Part shown: positions 1 through 10,784 of the stretch, piece by piece | Layout: every line of letters starts with the position of its first letter | Numbering within the stretch: position 1 is the first letter of the stretch | Assembly (NCBI GenBank): GCA_965242855.1 | Contig: OZ251509.1 | Coordinates: 126,869-190,868 of the forward strand | Length of the DNA: 64,000 bases | Direction of reading: 5' to 3' | Source: Alphaproteobacteria bacterium | Lineage (GTDB): Bacteria; Pseudomonadota; Alphaproteobacteria; UBA828 | The notes under the pieces: model-generated | Database searches by the model: none | Told to the model about the DNA's origin: nothing | The model's input: only the letters and a program-made list of their open reading frames with translations | Position numbers and translations under genes: made by a program

Positions 1-295
1 CACCCAGGAAGAGGCCAATCTCGACTTCACCGCCGGGCGCGTCGACCTGTTGCTGGCCGACTCCGTCGTCCTGATGGAAGGCTTCCTCGCCACCCCCGAC
101 GGGCAGGGCGCCGAGTTCGTCGGGCCGGACTTCACCGATCCGCGCTGGTTCGGCGAGGGCGTCGGCATCGCCGTGCGCAAAGACGATACGGCGCTACGCG
201 ATGCGCTGAACCGGGCGATCGAGACGATCCGGGCCGACGGCACCTACCGGACGATCGCCGCCAGGTATTTCGATTTCGACGTCTACGGCGACTGA
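1..295 (+). CDS. Amino-acid ABC transporter periplasmic substrate-binding protein, C-terminal fragment (gene starts upstream of window)
   Basis: Reading frame open from window edge; C-terminal sequence ...GIAVRKDDTALRDALNRAIETIRADGTYRTIAARYFDFDVYGD typical of HisJ/ArgT-type polar amino acid binding proteins; followed by two permease genes. Confidence 0.7.
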   Translation, partial: TQEEANLDFTAGRVDLLLADSVVLMEGFLATPDGQGAEFVGPDFTDPRWFGEGVGIAVRKDDTALRDALNRAIETIRADGTYRTIAARYFDFDVYGD

Positions 296-370
296 CCGGC
301 GGGGTCTTCCTGCGCGCCGGCGCGCGCCGCCCCTTCGCCCGCAAGGGGAAGGGGCATACGGGGGAGCCGG

Positions 371-1060
371 ATGTTCGATCTCCAGGGCTACGGCTGGATG
401 CTGTGGCGGGGCCTGGAGCTCACCGTCGTCGTCGGGCTGTGCGCGATGGCGGTGGCGTTGGCCATGGGCCTGCTCGGCGCCTGGGGCAAGCTCTCGCGGT
501 CGCGGGCCGCGCGAACGCTCGCCGGCGCTTACACGACCGTCGTCCGCGGTGTGCCGGAGCTGCTCCTGATCCTGCTCGTCTATTACGGCGTCCCGACGCT
601 GATCCAGGACGCGGCGTCCGGCGCCGGCCTCGACCTGACCCTCGATCTTGACCCGCTGGTCGCGGGCGTCGCCACCTTGGGCGTCATCTACGGTGCCTTC
701 GCGGCGGAGGTCTTCCGCGGCGCCTTCCTCGCCGTGCCGCACGGCCAGATCGAGGCCGCGCGGGCGGCGGGCATGGGGCCGGCGCTGACCTTCCGCCGCG
801 TCGTCCTGCCGCAGATGTGGCGCTTCGCCCTTCCCGGCCTCGGCAACGTGTGGATGGTTCTGATCAAGGCCACGGCCCTGGTCTCGGTGATCCAGCTCGA
901 GGAGCTGATGCGCAGCGCCGACATCGCGGCGCGCGCGACCCGGATGCCGTTCACCTTCTTCTTCGTCGCCTCGCTGTTCTATCTCGGCATCACCGTCGTC
1001 TCGACGGCGGTCCAGCGGCGCGCCGAGGCCTGGGCCAACCGCGGCCTCCGCCGCGCCTGA
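371..1060 (+). CDS. Polar amino-acid ABC transporter permease (HisQ-like)
   Basis: 229 aa multi-TM protein with ABC permease EAA-type region (…EAARAAGMGPALTFRRVVLPQM…); gene order SBP-permease-permease. Confidence 0.8.
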   Translation: MFDLQGYGWMLWRGLELTVVVGLCAMAVALAMGLLGAWGKLSRSRAARTLAGAYTTVVRGVPELLLILLVYYGVPTLIQDAASGAGLDLTLDLDPLVAGVATLGVIYGAFAAEVFRGAFLAVPHGQIEAARAAGMGPALTFRRVVLPQMWRFALPGLGNVWMVLIKATALVSVIQLEELMRSADIAARATRMPFTFFFVASLFYLGITVVSTAVQRRAEAWANRGLRRA

Positions 1061-1068
1061 GGCCGGCG

Positions 1069-1791
1069 ATGGACCTCGCCATCGTCTGGGAGAGCCTGCC
1101 CCGCCTGCTGGGCGGCGCCGCGTTGACCCTGGAGATCACGCTGGTGAGCGTCGCGATCGGCCTGTGCCTGGCGGTCCCGCTCGCGGTGCTGCGGCTTTCG
1201 CGCCACCCGCTTCTGTGGATGCCGGTTTACGGCTACATCTTCTATTTCCGCGGGACCCCGCTCCTGGTGCAGCTCTTCCTCGTCTATTACGGCTCCGGGC
1301 AGTTCCAGCCGTTGCTCGACCGCATCGGGCTGTGGGTGCTGTTCCGCGAGGCTTATTTCTGCGCCGTCCTGACGCTCACCCTGAACACCGCGGCCTATAC
1401 CGCGGAGATCCTGCGCGGCGCGATCCAGGCGGTGCCGCGCGGCGAGATCGAGGCGGCGCGCGCCTTCGGCATGTCCGGGGTCCTGCTCTACCGGCGCATC
1501 GTCCTGCCCAAGGCGTTCCGCCTGGCGCTGCCGGCCTACACCAACGAGGTGGTGTTCCTGCTCCAGGCGACGTCGCTGGTCTCGGTCATCACGCTCCTCG
1601 ACCTGACCGGCGTCGCCCGCATCCTCGTCGCCCGCAGCTTCGAGCCCTACAAGCTCTACATCGCGGCCGGCCTGATCTACCTCGCGATCACCTATGCCTT
1701 CGTCTTCGTCTCCCGACGCCTCGAGCGCCGCCTCTCCGCCCACCTCCGCGCGCCCTCCGGCGACAGGCTTCCCGCCCCAGGCGCCCGCTGA
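1069..1791 (+). CDS. Polar amino-acid ABC transporter permease (HisM-like)
   Basis: Start MDLAIVWESLPRLLGG chosen inside longer ORF 817..1791; TM-rich, EAA loop (…EIEAARAFGMSGVLLYRRIVLPKA…). Confidence 0.8.
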   Translation: MDLAIVWESLPRLLGGAALTLEITLVSVAIGLCLAVPLAVLRLSRHPLLWMPVYGYIFYFRGTPLLVQLFLVYYGSGQFQPLLDRIGLWVLFREAYFCAVLTLTLNTAAYTAEILRGAIQAVPRGEIEAARAFGMSGVLLYRRIVLPKAFRLALPAYTNEVVFLLQATSLVSVITLLDLTGVARILVARSFEPYKLYIAAGLIYLAITYAFVFVSRRLERRLSAHLRAPSGDRLPAPGAR

Positions 1792-1824
1792 CCGCTATTC
1801 TTTGGGGATTATACGCCTGACTAG

Positions 1825-2672
1825 GTCATGTACCCATAAAGATGGTATAGTTTCCCATCGGCATGGGGAAGTTGCGGAGGGAGGGAGTTTGGAATGGCAC
1901 GTTTTGATCTGACGGATGAGGAGTGGTCGGTGATCGCGCCGCTGCTTCCCAACAAGCCGCGCGGGGTGCCACGTGTCGATGATCGGCGGGTTCTGAACGG
2001 GATTTTTTACATTCTGCGCACGGGTTCTCCGTGGCGCGACCTGCCGGGGCGCTACGGCCCGTATACGACGGTGTACAACCGCTACAACCGCTGGGCCAAA
2101 CAGGGGGTGTGGCTGCGCGTCTTCGAGGCGTTGCGCGCCCAGGCGCCGGAGGCGCTTCATCTCATCGACACTTCGATCGTGCGCGCCCATCAACACGCGG
2201 CGGGCGGAAAAAAGGGGGCGCGGATCACGCCATCGGTCGTTCTCGTGGCGGACTGAGCACCAAGGTTCACGTCGTGGTCGATAGCCGCGGCCTGCCGGTC
2301 AAGTTCTTGCTCACCCCCGGTCAAGCCTCCGACAAGGGAAGCGTTGCCGACCTGCTGGCCGGCCTCGACCCGGCGCAGGACACGGTCTGCGACCGCAGCT
2401 ACGACGCCAGGGCGATCCGCGATCTGATCGCCAAGCATGGCTCCAGGCCCCATATCCCGACCCAGAAGAACCGCAAGGTCCGGTACAGCGTCGATCCCGC
2501 GCTCTATCGCCAACGCAATCTGGTCGAGCGGTTCTTCAACAAACTCAAACACTTCCGAGGCATCGCCACCCGCTACCACAAGCTCACCAGGAACTTCCTC
2601 GCCGCAATCGCTCTCGCCGCAATCCGTATCCATATCAAATATAATGAGTCCACGGCCTAGCCAAATCTTCTT
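1825..2672 (+). mobile_element. IS5-family insertion sequence, IS427 group (approx 0.85 kb); ends approximate
   Basis: Contains orfA/orfB transposase with A6G slippery site; flanked by CTAG tetranucleotides at 1821-1824 and about 2670-2673 (IS427-group elements target CTAG-like sites); imperfect terminal IRs (ctaggtcatgtacccat / rc ctaggccgtggactcat). Confidence 0.8.
1894..2660 (+). CDS. IS5-family (IS427-group) DDE transposase, orfA (1894-2256) fused to orfB (frame +2, to 2660) by programmed -1 ribosomal frameshift
   Basis: orfA MARFDLTDEEWSVIAPLLP…HTH; orfB …DDE_Tnp_1 C-terminal (…RNLVERFFNKLKHFRGIATRYHKL…); slippery heptamer gcggAAAAAAGgggg at about 2205-2215 in the overlap. Confidence 0.85.
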
Positions 2673-3062
2673 GAAGTGAGCGCCGGGGTTGCCAAGGCCG
2701 CCGATCGTGATATCCTGCAAGGGTTCGTCAAGGAGCGCGTGGCGGTGAGGGCCACGGTCTGCACGGACGATCCGGCGGCCTGCAAGGGGATGGCGGACAC
2801 GCGCCACGAGGCGGTCAACCATTCGGTTGGCGAATACGCTCGCGGCATGGCGCACACGAATGGAATGGAGTCGCTCTGGCCCATGTTCAAGCGCGCCTGC
2901 CACGGCACGTTCCATCACCTGTCCGGGAAACACCCGAACCACCATGCCCGAGAGTTCGTCGGGCGGCACAACGTCCGCAATCTCGATACCATCGCGCAAA
3001 TGTCCACACTGGCGCGGGGCATGGTGGGGAAGCGGCTGCAGTGCAGGGAGTTGGTGGCATGA
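2673..3062 (+). pseudogene. IS1595-family (ISXO2-like) transposase, C-terminal ~128 aa fragment; N-terminus missing
   Basis: …HTNGMESLWPMFKRACHGTFHHLSGKHPNHHAREFVGRHNVRNLDTIAQM… matches conserved C-terminus of IS1595/ISXO2-like DDE transposases; begins directly at the IS5 right end, with no room for the ~200 aa N-terminal part. Confidence 0.75.
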
Positions 3063-3772
3063 GCGACTCGACTCTCGACGAGATTCTTGAAGACGGTCGC
3101 AAGGAAAGCCCACAACAACGTTCGGGAAGTGGCGCACAATACAATCCCATTAGCAGCGTTTGGGAGGGAAGCGATGGGGAACTTCTCGAACAGATGCTGA
3201 GGTTTTATGCATCGATCCCACCGGACCCTATTCTGGACTCCACCTATAACACAGGGCGATTCTGGAAGAACTCAAACCGGCGTATCGTCTCAATGGACAT
3301 AGATCCAAAGTACAAGACGATGATCGTCGGTGACAATCGGGAAATGGTGGGCATTCCTACGTCTACTTTTGGAACCGTTGTTTATGATCCGCCTCACGTG
3401 GGACCGCAAGGACGCGACAAGAGCAGAAAGAGGTTTGATGAGGATTTCGGGGCGACGGTTGAGTGTGGCAAGAGCCAAGGATGGAGCCTCAGCTATCTGT
3501 ATCCTCCTTTCCTAAAGCAGGCGAAAAGAGTGTTGAAGCCTCGCGGTCTTCTGTTGGCGAAAATCACAGATATGGTGAACTGTCATAGATCGAAATGGGC
3601 GCACTGTGATTTCATGAAAATGGCCGAAGAATCCGGCTTCACCGTTTGTGATTTGATCGTCAAGATTCGAAGTGGACCGATGGTCTCAACGAAATGGAAA
3701 ACCGCCCATCATGCCAGAAAGCGACATTGTTTCTGGATCATTTGTCGCAACGGACGCAGCTGTGAGAGATGA
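3059..3772 (+). CDS. Putative DNA methyltransferase (small gamma-class N6A/N4C-type; motif IV DPPH)
   Basis: …ILDSTYNTGRFW… (weak motif I) about 50 aa before …TVVYDPPHVG… (D/N-PP-Y/H catalytic motif) and …FLKQAKRVLKPRGLLLAKITD… (typical RVLKpgG post-catalytic motif); lower GC than host; immediately upstream of a GIY-YIG nuclease gene. Start taken at MSDSTL (M7 of ORF 3041..3772). Confidence 0.55.
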   Translation: MSDSTLDEILEDGRKESPQQRSGSGAQYNPISSVWEGSDGELLEQMLRFYASIPPDPILDSTYNTGRFWKNSNRRIVSMDIDPKYKTMIVGDNREMVGIPTSTFGTVVYDPPHVGPQGRDKSRKRFDEDFGATVECGKSQGWSLSYLYPPFLKQAKRVLKPRGLLLAKITDMVNCHRSKWAHCDFMKMAEESGFTVCDLIVKIRSGPMVSTKWKTAHHARKRHCFWIICRNGRSCER

Positions 3773-3775
3773 TCT

Positions 3776-4255
3776 GTGCGGAGCTATGATCTGCTTAGCG
3801 TGGATGAGCTCGGGCGCAACGCAGCGCGGGCACTGATGGAGCATCCCCCGAACGATTTGCCGCCGAAAGAATCGTTTGGGGGAGGTGGCGTCTACACGCT
3901 GCACTACGTTGGCTCATTTTACGCTTATACTGGCATGAGCGATGAAGTGCCGATCTACGTTGGCAAGGCCGATCTGCCAGGAAAGCGTCAAGGGCGGACA
4001 AGGACGCGCCACCAGACCCCGGCGCTTTATCGTCGATTGGTGAAGCACGCCGAGTCGCTTGATAGCGCACAGAATCTGCACCTCCACGACTTTCGGTGCA
4101 GATGGCTGGTGCGGGACGCCGTTTGGATCGGTCTGACGGAACAGGTCTTGATCGCAGAATACAGCCCGCTTTGGAATGCCGCCGCCGACATAGCGGCCGG
4201 GATCGAGAAACATCGGGCAGGAAGAAATCGTCATGCGCAAAAAGGCGCTGGCTAG
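3776..4255 (+). CDS. Putative GIY-YIG family type II restriction endonuclease (Eco29kI/Hpy188I-like), 159 aa, GTG start
   Basis: GVYTLHY…(17 aa)…IYVGKA = GIY…YIG spacing; downstream Arg cluster (RQGRTRTRHQ), His91, Glu128, Asn134 in positions expected for GIY-YIG catalytic residues; 4-nt spacing after the MTase gene; stop codon overlaps the right TIR. Confidence 0.5.
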   Translation: MRSYDLLSVDELGRNAARALMEHPPNDLPPKESFGGGGVYTLHYVGSFYAYTGMSDEVPIYVGKADLPGKRQGRTRTRHQTPALYRRLVKHAESLDSAQNLHLHDFRCRWLVRDAVWIGLTEQVLIAEYSPLWNAAADIAAGIEKHRAGRNRHAQKGAG

Positions 4256-4297
4256 TTAGACGTATAATCCCCTTACCTTTCGGTGCCGGATCTGCTT

Positions 4298-4326
4298 CAC
4301 GCCGCGGCGGCCGCCGTGGCTTTTTT
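4298..4326 (+). terminator. Rho-independent terminator-like hairpin plus T6 (probable original hisM terminator, now displaced about 2.5 kb by the inserted element)
   Basis: GC-rich imperfect palindrome gccgcggcggccgccgtggc followed by tttttt (4321-4326). Confidence 0.45.
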
Positions 4327-4338
4327 CAGGGGCGGCGG

Positions 4339-5960
<1,622 letters not shown>

Positions 5961-5964
<4 letters not shown>

Positions 5965-6989
5965 CGCCCCGTCAGCTTGCGCGGGTCGAAGGCGTCGCGC
6001 ACGGCCTCGCCCACGAAGATCAGCAGGCTCAGCATCAATGCCAGGACGACGAAGCCCGCGATGCCGAGCCAGGGGGCCTGCAGGTTGGCCTTGCCTTGCC
6101 GCAGCAGCTCGCCCAGCGAAGGCTCCCCCGGCGGCAGGCCGAAGCCCAGGAAGTCGAGCGAGGTGAGCGAGGTGATCGCACCCACCAGGATGAAGGGCAG
6201 GAAGGTGATGGCGGAGACCATCGCGTTGGGCAGCCCGTGGCGCAGGATGATCGCCGTGTTGCCGACGCCCAGCGCCCGCGCCGCGCGGATGTAGTCGAAG
6301 TTGCGCACCCGCAGGAACTCCGCGCGCACCACCCCCACCAGGGCCATCCAGCTGAACAGCAGCAGGATCGTGAGCAGCACCCAGAACCCCGGCTCCACGA
6401 TGCTGGAGAGGATGATCAGGATGAACAGCTGCGGCAGGCCGGACCACACCTCGATGAAGCGCTGGAAGGCGAGATCGATCCAGCCGCCGAAGAACCCCTG
6501 CACCGCCGCCGCCGCGATGCCGACGATGGAGGCGAGAAAGGTGAGGGCGAGGCCGAACAGCACGGAGAGCCGGAAGCCGTAGATCACGCGGGCGAGCACG
6601 TCCCGCCCCTGGTCGTCGGTCCCGAGCCAGTTGTCGGCGGAAGGCGGGGCCGGCGCCGGCACCGGCAGGTCGTAATTGATCGTCCGATAGCCGTAGGGGA
6701 CGAGCGGCCACACCATCCACCCCTTCTCGGCGATGAGATCGGCCACGTAAGGATCGCGGTAGTCGGCTTCCGTCTCGAAGTCGCCGCCGAACTCCGTCTC
6801 CGCGTATTCGAAGAGGATGGGGAAGTAGAGCGTCCCGTCGTACTCCATGACGATGGGCCGGTCGTTGGCGACGAATTCCGCGAACAGCGTGAACAGGAAG
6901 AGCCCGAGGAAGAGCCAGAAGGACACGTGACCCCGCCTGTTGGCGCGGAAATTATGCAGCCTGCGCCGCGCGAGGGGGGACAGCGCCAC
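5961..6989 (-). CDS. yejE: Peptide ABC transporter permease YejE
   Basis: 342 aa; N-terminal MALSPLARRRLHNFRANRRGHVSFWLF… typical of YejE/OppC-like permeases; operon position. Confidence 0.85.
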
Positions 6990-6992
6990 CGC

Positions 6993-8099
6993 TCAGACCT
7001 CCCGCGATTCGAAGTCGATGCGCGGGTCGATGACGACGTACATCAGGTCGCCGATCAGGTTCACGACCAGCCCCAGGAGGGTGAAGAAGAAGAGCGTTCC
7101 GAAGATGATCGGGTAGTCGCGTTTCAACAGCGCCTCGAAGCCGAGCAGGCCCAGGCCGTCGAGCGAGAAGATCACCTCGATCAGGAGGACGCCGGTGAAC
7201 AAGATGCCGATGAAGGCGCCGGGCAGGCCGGCCACCACGATCAGCATGGCGTTGCGGAAGACGTGGCCGTAGAGGACGCGCCGCTCCGGCAGCCCCTTGG
7301 CGCGCGCGGTGACGACGTAATGCTGGGAGATCTGATCCAGGAAGGAGTTCTTGGTCAGCATCGTCGTCGTCGCGAAGCCGCTCACCGCCATCGCCGCGAT
7401 GGGCAGCGCCAGATGCCAGAAATAGTCCTCGATCTTGCCGAGCAGCGAGAGCTCCGCGAAGTCGCTCGAGACCAGCCCCCGCAAGGGGAACCAGTCCAGG
7501 TAGCTGCCGCCCGCGAAAAGCACGATGAGGAGAATCGCGAAGATGAAGTTGGGAATGGCGTAGCCCACGATGATCGCCCCGCTCGTCCAGACGTCGAAGC
7601 GCTCGCCGTCGCGCACCGCCTTGGCGATGCCGAGCGGGATGGAGATCAGGTAGGCGAGCAGCGTGGTCCACAGCCCGAGCGAGATCGACACCGGCAGCTT
7701 GTCGATCACGAGGTCCACCACCCGGTCGTCGCGGAAGAAGCTCGTCCCGAAGTCGAACCGCGCGTACTGGCCCATCATGTGGAGGAAGCGTTCGAGCGGC
7801 GGCTTGTCGAAGCCGTATTCCTTCTCCAGCCGGGCGATCAGTTCCGGGTCGAGACCGCGCGCGCCGCGGTATTCGCCGCCGGCGTCGCCCGCGAGGGCGC
7901 TGCGCGCGTCCGTGCCCGTTTCCCCCGGGCCCGCGCCGGAGACCCGCCCGGCGGCGTCCACGGCCGTTCCCGTGAGCTGGGCGATGGCCTGTTCGACCGG
8001 CCCGCCGGGGGCGATCTGGATGATCGCGAAATTGATCACCATGATCGCGAACAGCGTGGGCACGATCAGCAGCAGGCGGCGGACGATATAGGCGAACAT
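6993..8099 (-). CDS. yejB: Peptide ABC transporter permease YejB
   Basis: 368 aa; [37 protein letters not shown]… OppB/YejB-type N-terminus. Confidence 0.85.
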   Translation of the reverse strand: MFAYIVRRLLLIVPTLFAIMVINFAIIQIAPGGPVEQAIAQLTGTAVDAAGRVSGAGPGETGTDARSALAGDAGGEYRGARGLDPELIARLEKEYGFDKPPLERFLHMMGQYARFDFGTSFFRDDRVVDLVIDKLPVSISLGLWTTLLAYLISIPLGIAKAVRDGERFDVWTSGAIIVGYAIPNFIFAILLIVLFAGGSYLDWFPLRGLVSSDFAELSLLGKIEDYFWHLALPIAAMAVSGFATTTMLTKNSFLDQISQHYVVTARAKGLPERRVLYGHVFRNAMLIVVAGLPGAFIGILFTGVLLIEVIFSLDGLGLLGFEALLKRDYPIIFGTLFFFTLLGLVVNLIGDLMYVVIDPRIDFESREV

Positions 8100-8152
8100 G
8101 GCGCGCGGTGCGTCCTATCCGGAGCGCGCCTTCCCGGAGCGCGGCCCCGCGC

Positions 8153-9991
8153 TCAACGCCGGCCTTCGCGGTGGGCGGCCAACGCCGCCTCCTTCTCCCG
8201 GTCCACCCACCAGGTGTCGGCGATGCCCAGGGCGTAGCGCGGCTTGACCGCCGGCCGGCCGAATTTGTCCCAATAGACGAGGTGATGCGTCCCCTTGAAC
8301 CATTGCGGGACGATGTAATGGCCCCAGAGCAGCACCCGGTCCAGGGCGCGCACGGCGGCGGTGAGTGTCGGCCGGTCCGTGGCGGCGACGATCTCGGCGA
8401 TGAGCGCGTCGACGACCGGATCCTCGATCCCCGACGAGTTGAGCGAGCCCGCGCGGTCTGCGGTGTCGGAGGCAAAATAGGCGTTGAGCTCCGCGCCGGG
8501 CGAGAGGCTGAGCACGAAGCGCCGGGTGGTGATGTCGAAATCGTGCTCCTTCAGGCGGTTCTCGTATTGCGGCCCGTCCACCAGCCGCAGCGTCGCCTCG
8601 ATGCCGACACGCTTCAGGTTGCGCGCGAAGGGCGCGATGACGCGCTCGAAGGTCGGCTCGAAATAGAGGAACTCGATCTCCATCGCCTCGCCCGTCTCGC
8701 GGTGGACGAGCCTGCCGTCGGCCAGCGCCCAGCCCGCTTCCGCGAACAGCGTCCGGGCGCTGCGCAGGTTGCGCCGGTTGTTGCCGGAACCGTCGGTGCG
8801 GGGCGGCGCGAAGGCTTTCGTGAAGACCTCCGCCGGCACGGCGCCGCGGTGGGGCTCCAGGAACGCCAATTCCGCCTCCGAGGGCAGGCCGCGCGCAGCC
8901 AGGTCCGAATTTTCGAAATAGCTCTTCATGCGTTCGTAGAGGCCGTAGAACAGGTTTTCGTTGAGCCATTCGAAGTCGAAGACGTAGGAGAGCGCCTCGC
9001 GCACCCGGCGATCCCGGAACTTCGGCAGGCGCGTGTTGATGAAGTAGGCCTGCACGCCGGACGGCGTGTTGTCGGGCAGGATTTCCCTGATCAGTCGGCC
9101 TTCCGCCACGGCCGGGATGTCGTAGGCGGTGGCCCAGGTCTTGGAGGTGAACTCCTCGTGGAAGTCGAATTCGCCCGCCTTCAGCGCCTCCACGATTACC
9201 GTCCGGTCGCGGTAGTAGTCGAAGCGGATTTCGTCGAAATTGTGACGCCCGGCGTTCACCGGCAGATGGGCGCCCCAATAGTCCGGGACCCGCTCGTAGA
9301 CGACGGCCCGGCCCGGGTCGACCCGGCCCACCCGATAGGGCCCGCTGCCGAGCGGCGGCTCCATGGTGGTCTCGCCGAAGGCGCGGCCTTCGTAATAGGC
9401 CTTCGAGAGGATCGGCATCCCGCCGATGATCAGCGGCAGCTTGCGGTTGCCGCGATCGCCCAGGCGGAAGACGACCGCGCGCGCGCCTTCCGCCTCCACG
9501 CCCTCCACCCCCGCCAGCAGGACGGCGTAGTTGGGGTGCCCCTCTTGCGTCAGGGTTTCGAAGGAGAACGCCACGTCGGCGGCGGTGACCGGCGTCCCGT
9601 CGTGCCAGCGGGCCTCGGGCCTGAGCGTGAAGCGGAGCCGGCTCCGGTCGGGCGCCAGTTCGACATGGGAGGCGACCAGCCCGTAGGCCGAATCCGGTTC
9701 GTCGGCCGCGCCTTCCAGCAGCGTTTCGAAGGGCAGGCCCGCGCCGGCCGCGCTCACGCCCTTGAGCGTGAACGGATTGAGCGTGTCGTAGGAATCGACG
9801 GCGGCCAGACGCAGCGTCCCGCCCTTCGGCGCGGCCGGCTCCGCATAGTCGAAATGGGTGAAGTCCGGCCCGTATTTCAGGTCGCCGAAAAGCGACAGCC
9901 CGTGCTTCGTCTGGGCCCCCGCCGCCCCCGCCGAAACGAGCGCGAGGCAGAACAGCAGCGCGGCCGCCGCGCGCGCGCCGAAGCTCGTCAT
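8153..9991 (-). CDS. yejA: Peptide ABC transporter periplasmic substrate-binding protein YejA (SBP family 5)
   Basis: About 612 aa with signal peptide MTSFGARAAAALLFCLALVSAGAAGA; start chosen at MTSF with GGAGG RBS; family 5 SBP length and composition. Confidence 0.8.
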   Translation of the reverse strand: MTSFGARAAAALLFCLALVSAGAAGAQTKHGLSLFGDLKYGPDFTHFDYAEPAAPKGGTLRLAAVDSYDTLNPFTLKGVSAAGAGLPFETLLEGAADEPDSAYGLVASHVELAPDRSRLRFTLRPEARWHDGTPVTAADVAFSFETLTQEGHPNYAVLLAGVEGVEAEGARAVVFRLGDRGNRKLPLIIGGMPILSKAYYEGRAFGETTMEPPLGSGPYRVGRVDPGRAVVYERVPDYWGAHLPVNAGRHNFDEIRFDYYRDRTVIVEALKAGEFDFHEEFTSKTWATAYDIPAVAEGRLIREILPDNTPSGVQAYFINTRLPKFRDRRVREALSYVFDFEWLNENLFYGLYERMKSYFENSDLAARGLPSEAELAFLEPHRGAVPAEVFTKAFAPPRTDGSGNNRRNLRSARTLFAEAGWALADGRLVHRETGEAMEIEFLYFEPTFERVIAPFARNLKRVGIEATLRLVDGPQYENRLKEHDFDITTRRFVLSLSPGAELNAYFASDTADRAGSLNSSGIEDPVVDALIAEIVAATDRPTLTAAVRALDRVLLWGHYIVPQWFKGTHHLVYWDKFGRPAVKPRYALGIADTWWVDREKEAALAAHREGRR

Positions 9992-10091
9992 GGGACCTCC
10001 GTTCGAACCGCCGCCGGACTGTAGCCGAATCCCGCCGCCCGCGGTAGACGCGGACTTCACAGGCCGGCGCGGGCGTCGTACCTTCGGCGGG

Positions 10092-10658
10092 ATGCCGCGC
10101 TATCCCACCAGCGGGGGGCCGATCGTCCGCCGCGTGCCCGAGGGCGACGACCGGCCGCGCCTCGTCTGCGACATCTGCGGCTTCATCCGCTACGAGAACC
10201 CCAAGATCGTCGTCGGCGCGGTCGCCACCTGGGAGGGGCGCATCCTGCTCTGCCGCCGGGCCATCGAGCCGCAGGCCGGGTTCTGGACCCTGCCCGCGGG
10301 CTTCCTCGAACTGCGGGAGGACCCGGCCCAGGGCGCGCGCCGCGAGGCCCGCGAGGAGGCGGGCGCGGAGATCGCCATCGACGCGCTGCTCGGGGTCTAT
10401 ACGATCCCCCGCATCGGCTTGGTGCAGCTGATCTACCGGGCGCTTCTGGCCCGGCCGGACATCGCGGCCGGCCATGAGAGCCTTGCCGTGGCGCTTTTCG
10501 AGCCGGCCGGGATTCCGTGGGGCGAACTCGCCTTCCCCTCGGTGACGTGGGCGCTGCGCCACCACGCCGCGGCGCCCGCAAGCGGCGCCTTCGCACCCTT
10601 CACCAACCCCGAAGGCGACGTCGGCGACTACCGGCCCGGCGTCGCCGCCCGCCGCTGA
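10092..10658 (+). CDS. NUDIX hydrolase
   Basis: Nudix box GFWTLPAGFLELREDPAQGARREAREEAG (GX5EX7REUXEEXGU); start MPRYPTSGG chosen inside ORF 9858..10658. Confidence 0.75.
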   Translation: MPRYPTSGGPIVRRVPEGDDRPRLVCDICGFIRYENPKIVVGAVATWEGRILLCRRAIEPQAGFWTLPAGFLELREDPAQGARREAREEAGAEIAIDALLGVYTIPRIGLVQLIYRALLARPDIAAGHESLAVALFEPAGIPWGELAFPSVTWALRHHAAAPASGAFAPFTNPEGDVGDYRPGVAARR

Positions 10659-10784
10659 GCGTGCGTCGTGCCCCCCGCGTTAGGGAATGCCCGGGCCCGC
10701 GCGCGACCGAGCGCCGCCATGACCCCGCGGCCCGGAGCACGGAAGGCGCTTCCCGGCCTCGACGCCCGGAAGGCATGAGAAACG

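Larger units (their letters stand above)
1804..4272. mobile_element. Composite TIR-bounded element (approx 2.47 kb) carrying IS5-family IS, IS1595-family transposase remnant and a type II R-M module
   Basis: Left end GGGGATTATACGCCTGACTAG (1804-1824) and right end CTAGTTAGACGTATAATCCCC (4252-4272) are inverted repeats matching at 19/21 positions; enclosed region is lower GC than flanks; no clean target duplication seen (flanks tattcttt / ttaccttt). Confidence 0.55.

Noticed and set aside
6096-10565. Very long ORFs (713, 638, 816 aa) on the strands opposite yejFEBA
   Set aside because: Antisense or out-of-frame ORFs typical of high-GC DNA with low stop-codon frequency. Products are low-complexity Arg/Ala/Gly/Pro-rich with no motifs, while the opposite strand encodes a complete, well-supported yejABEF operon.
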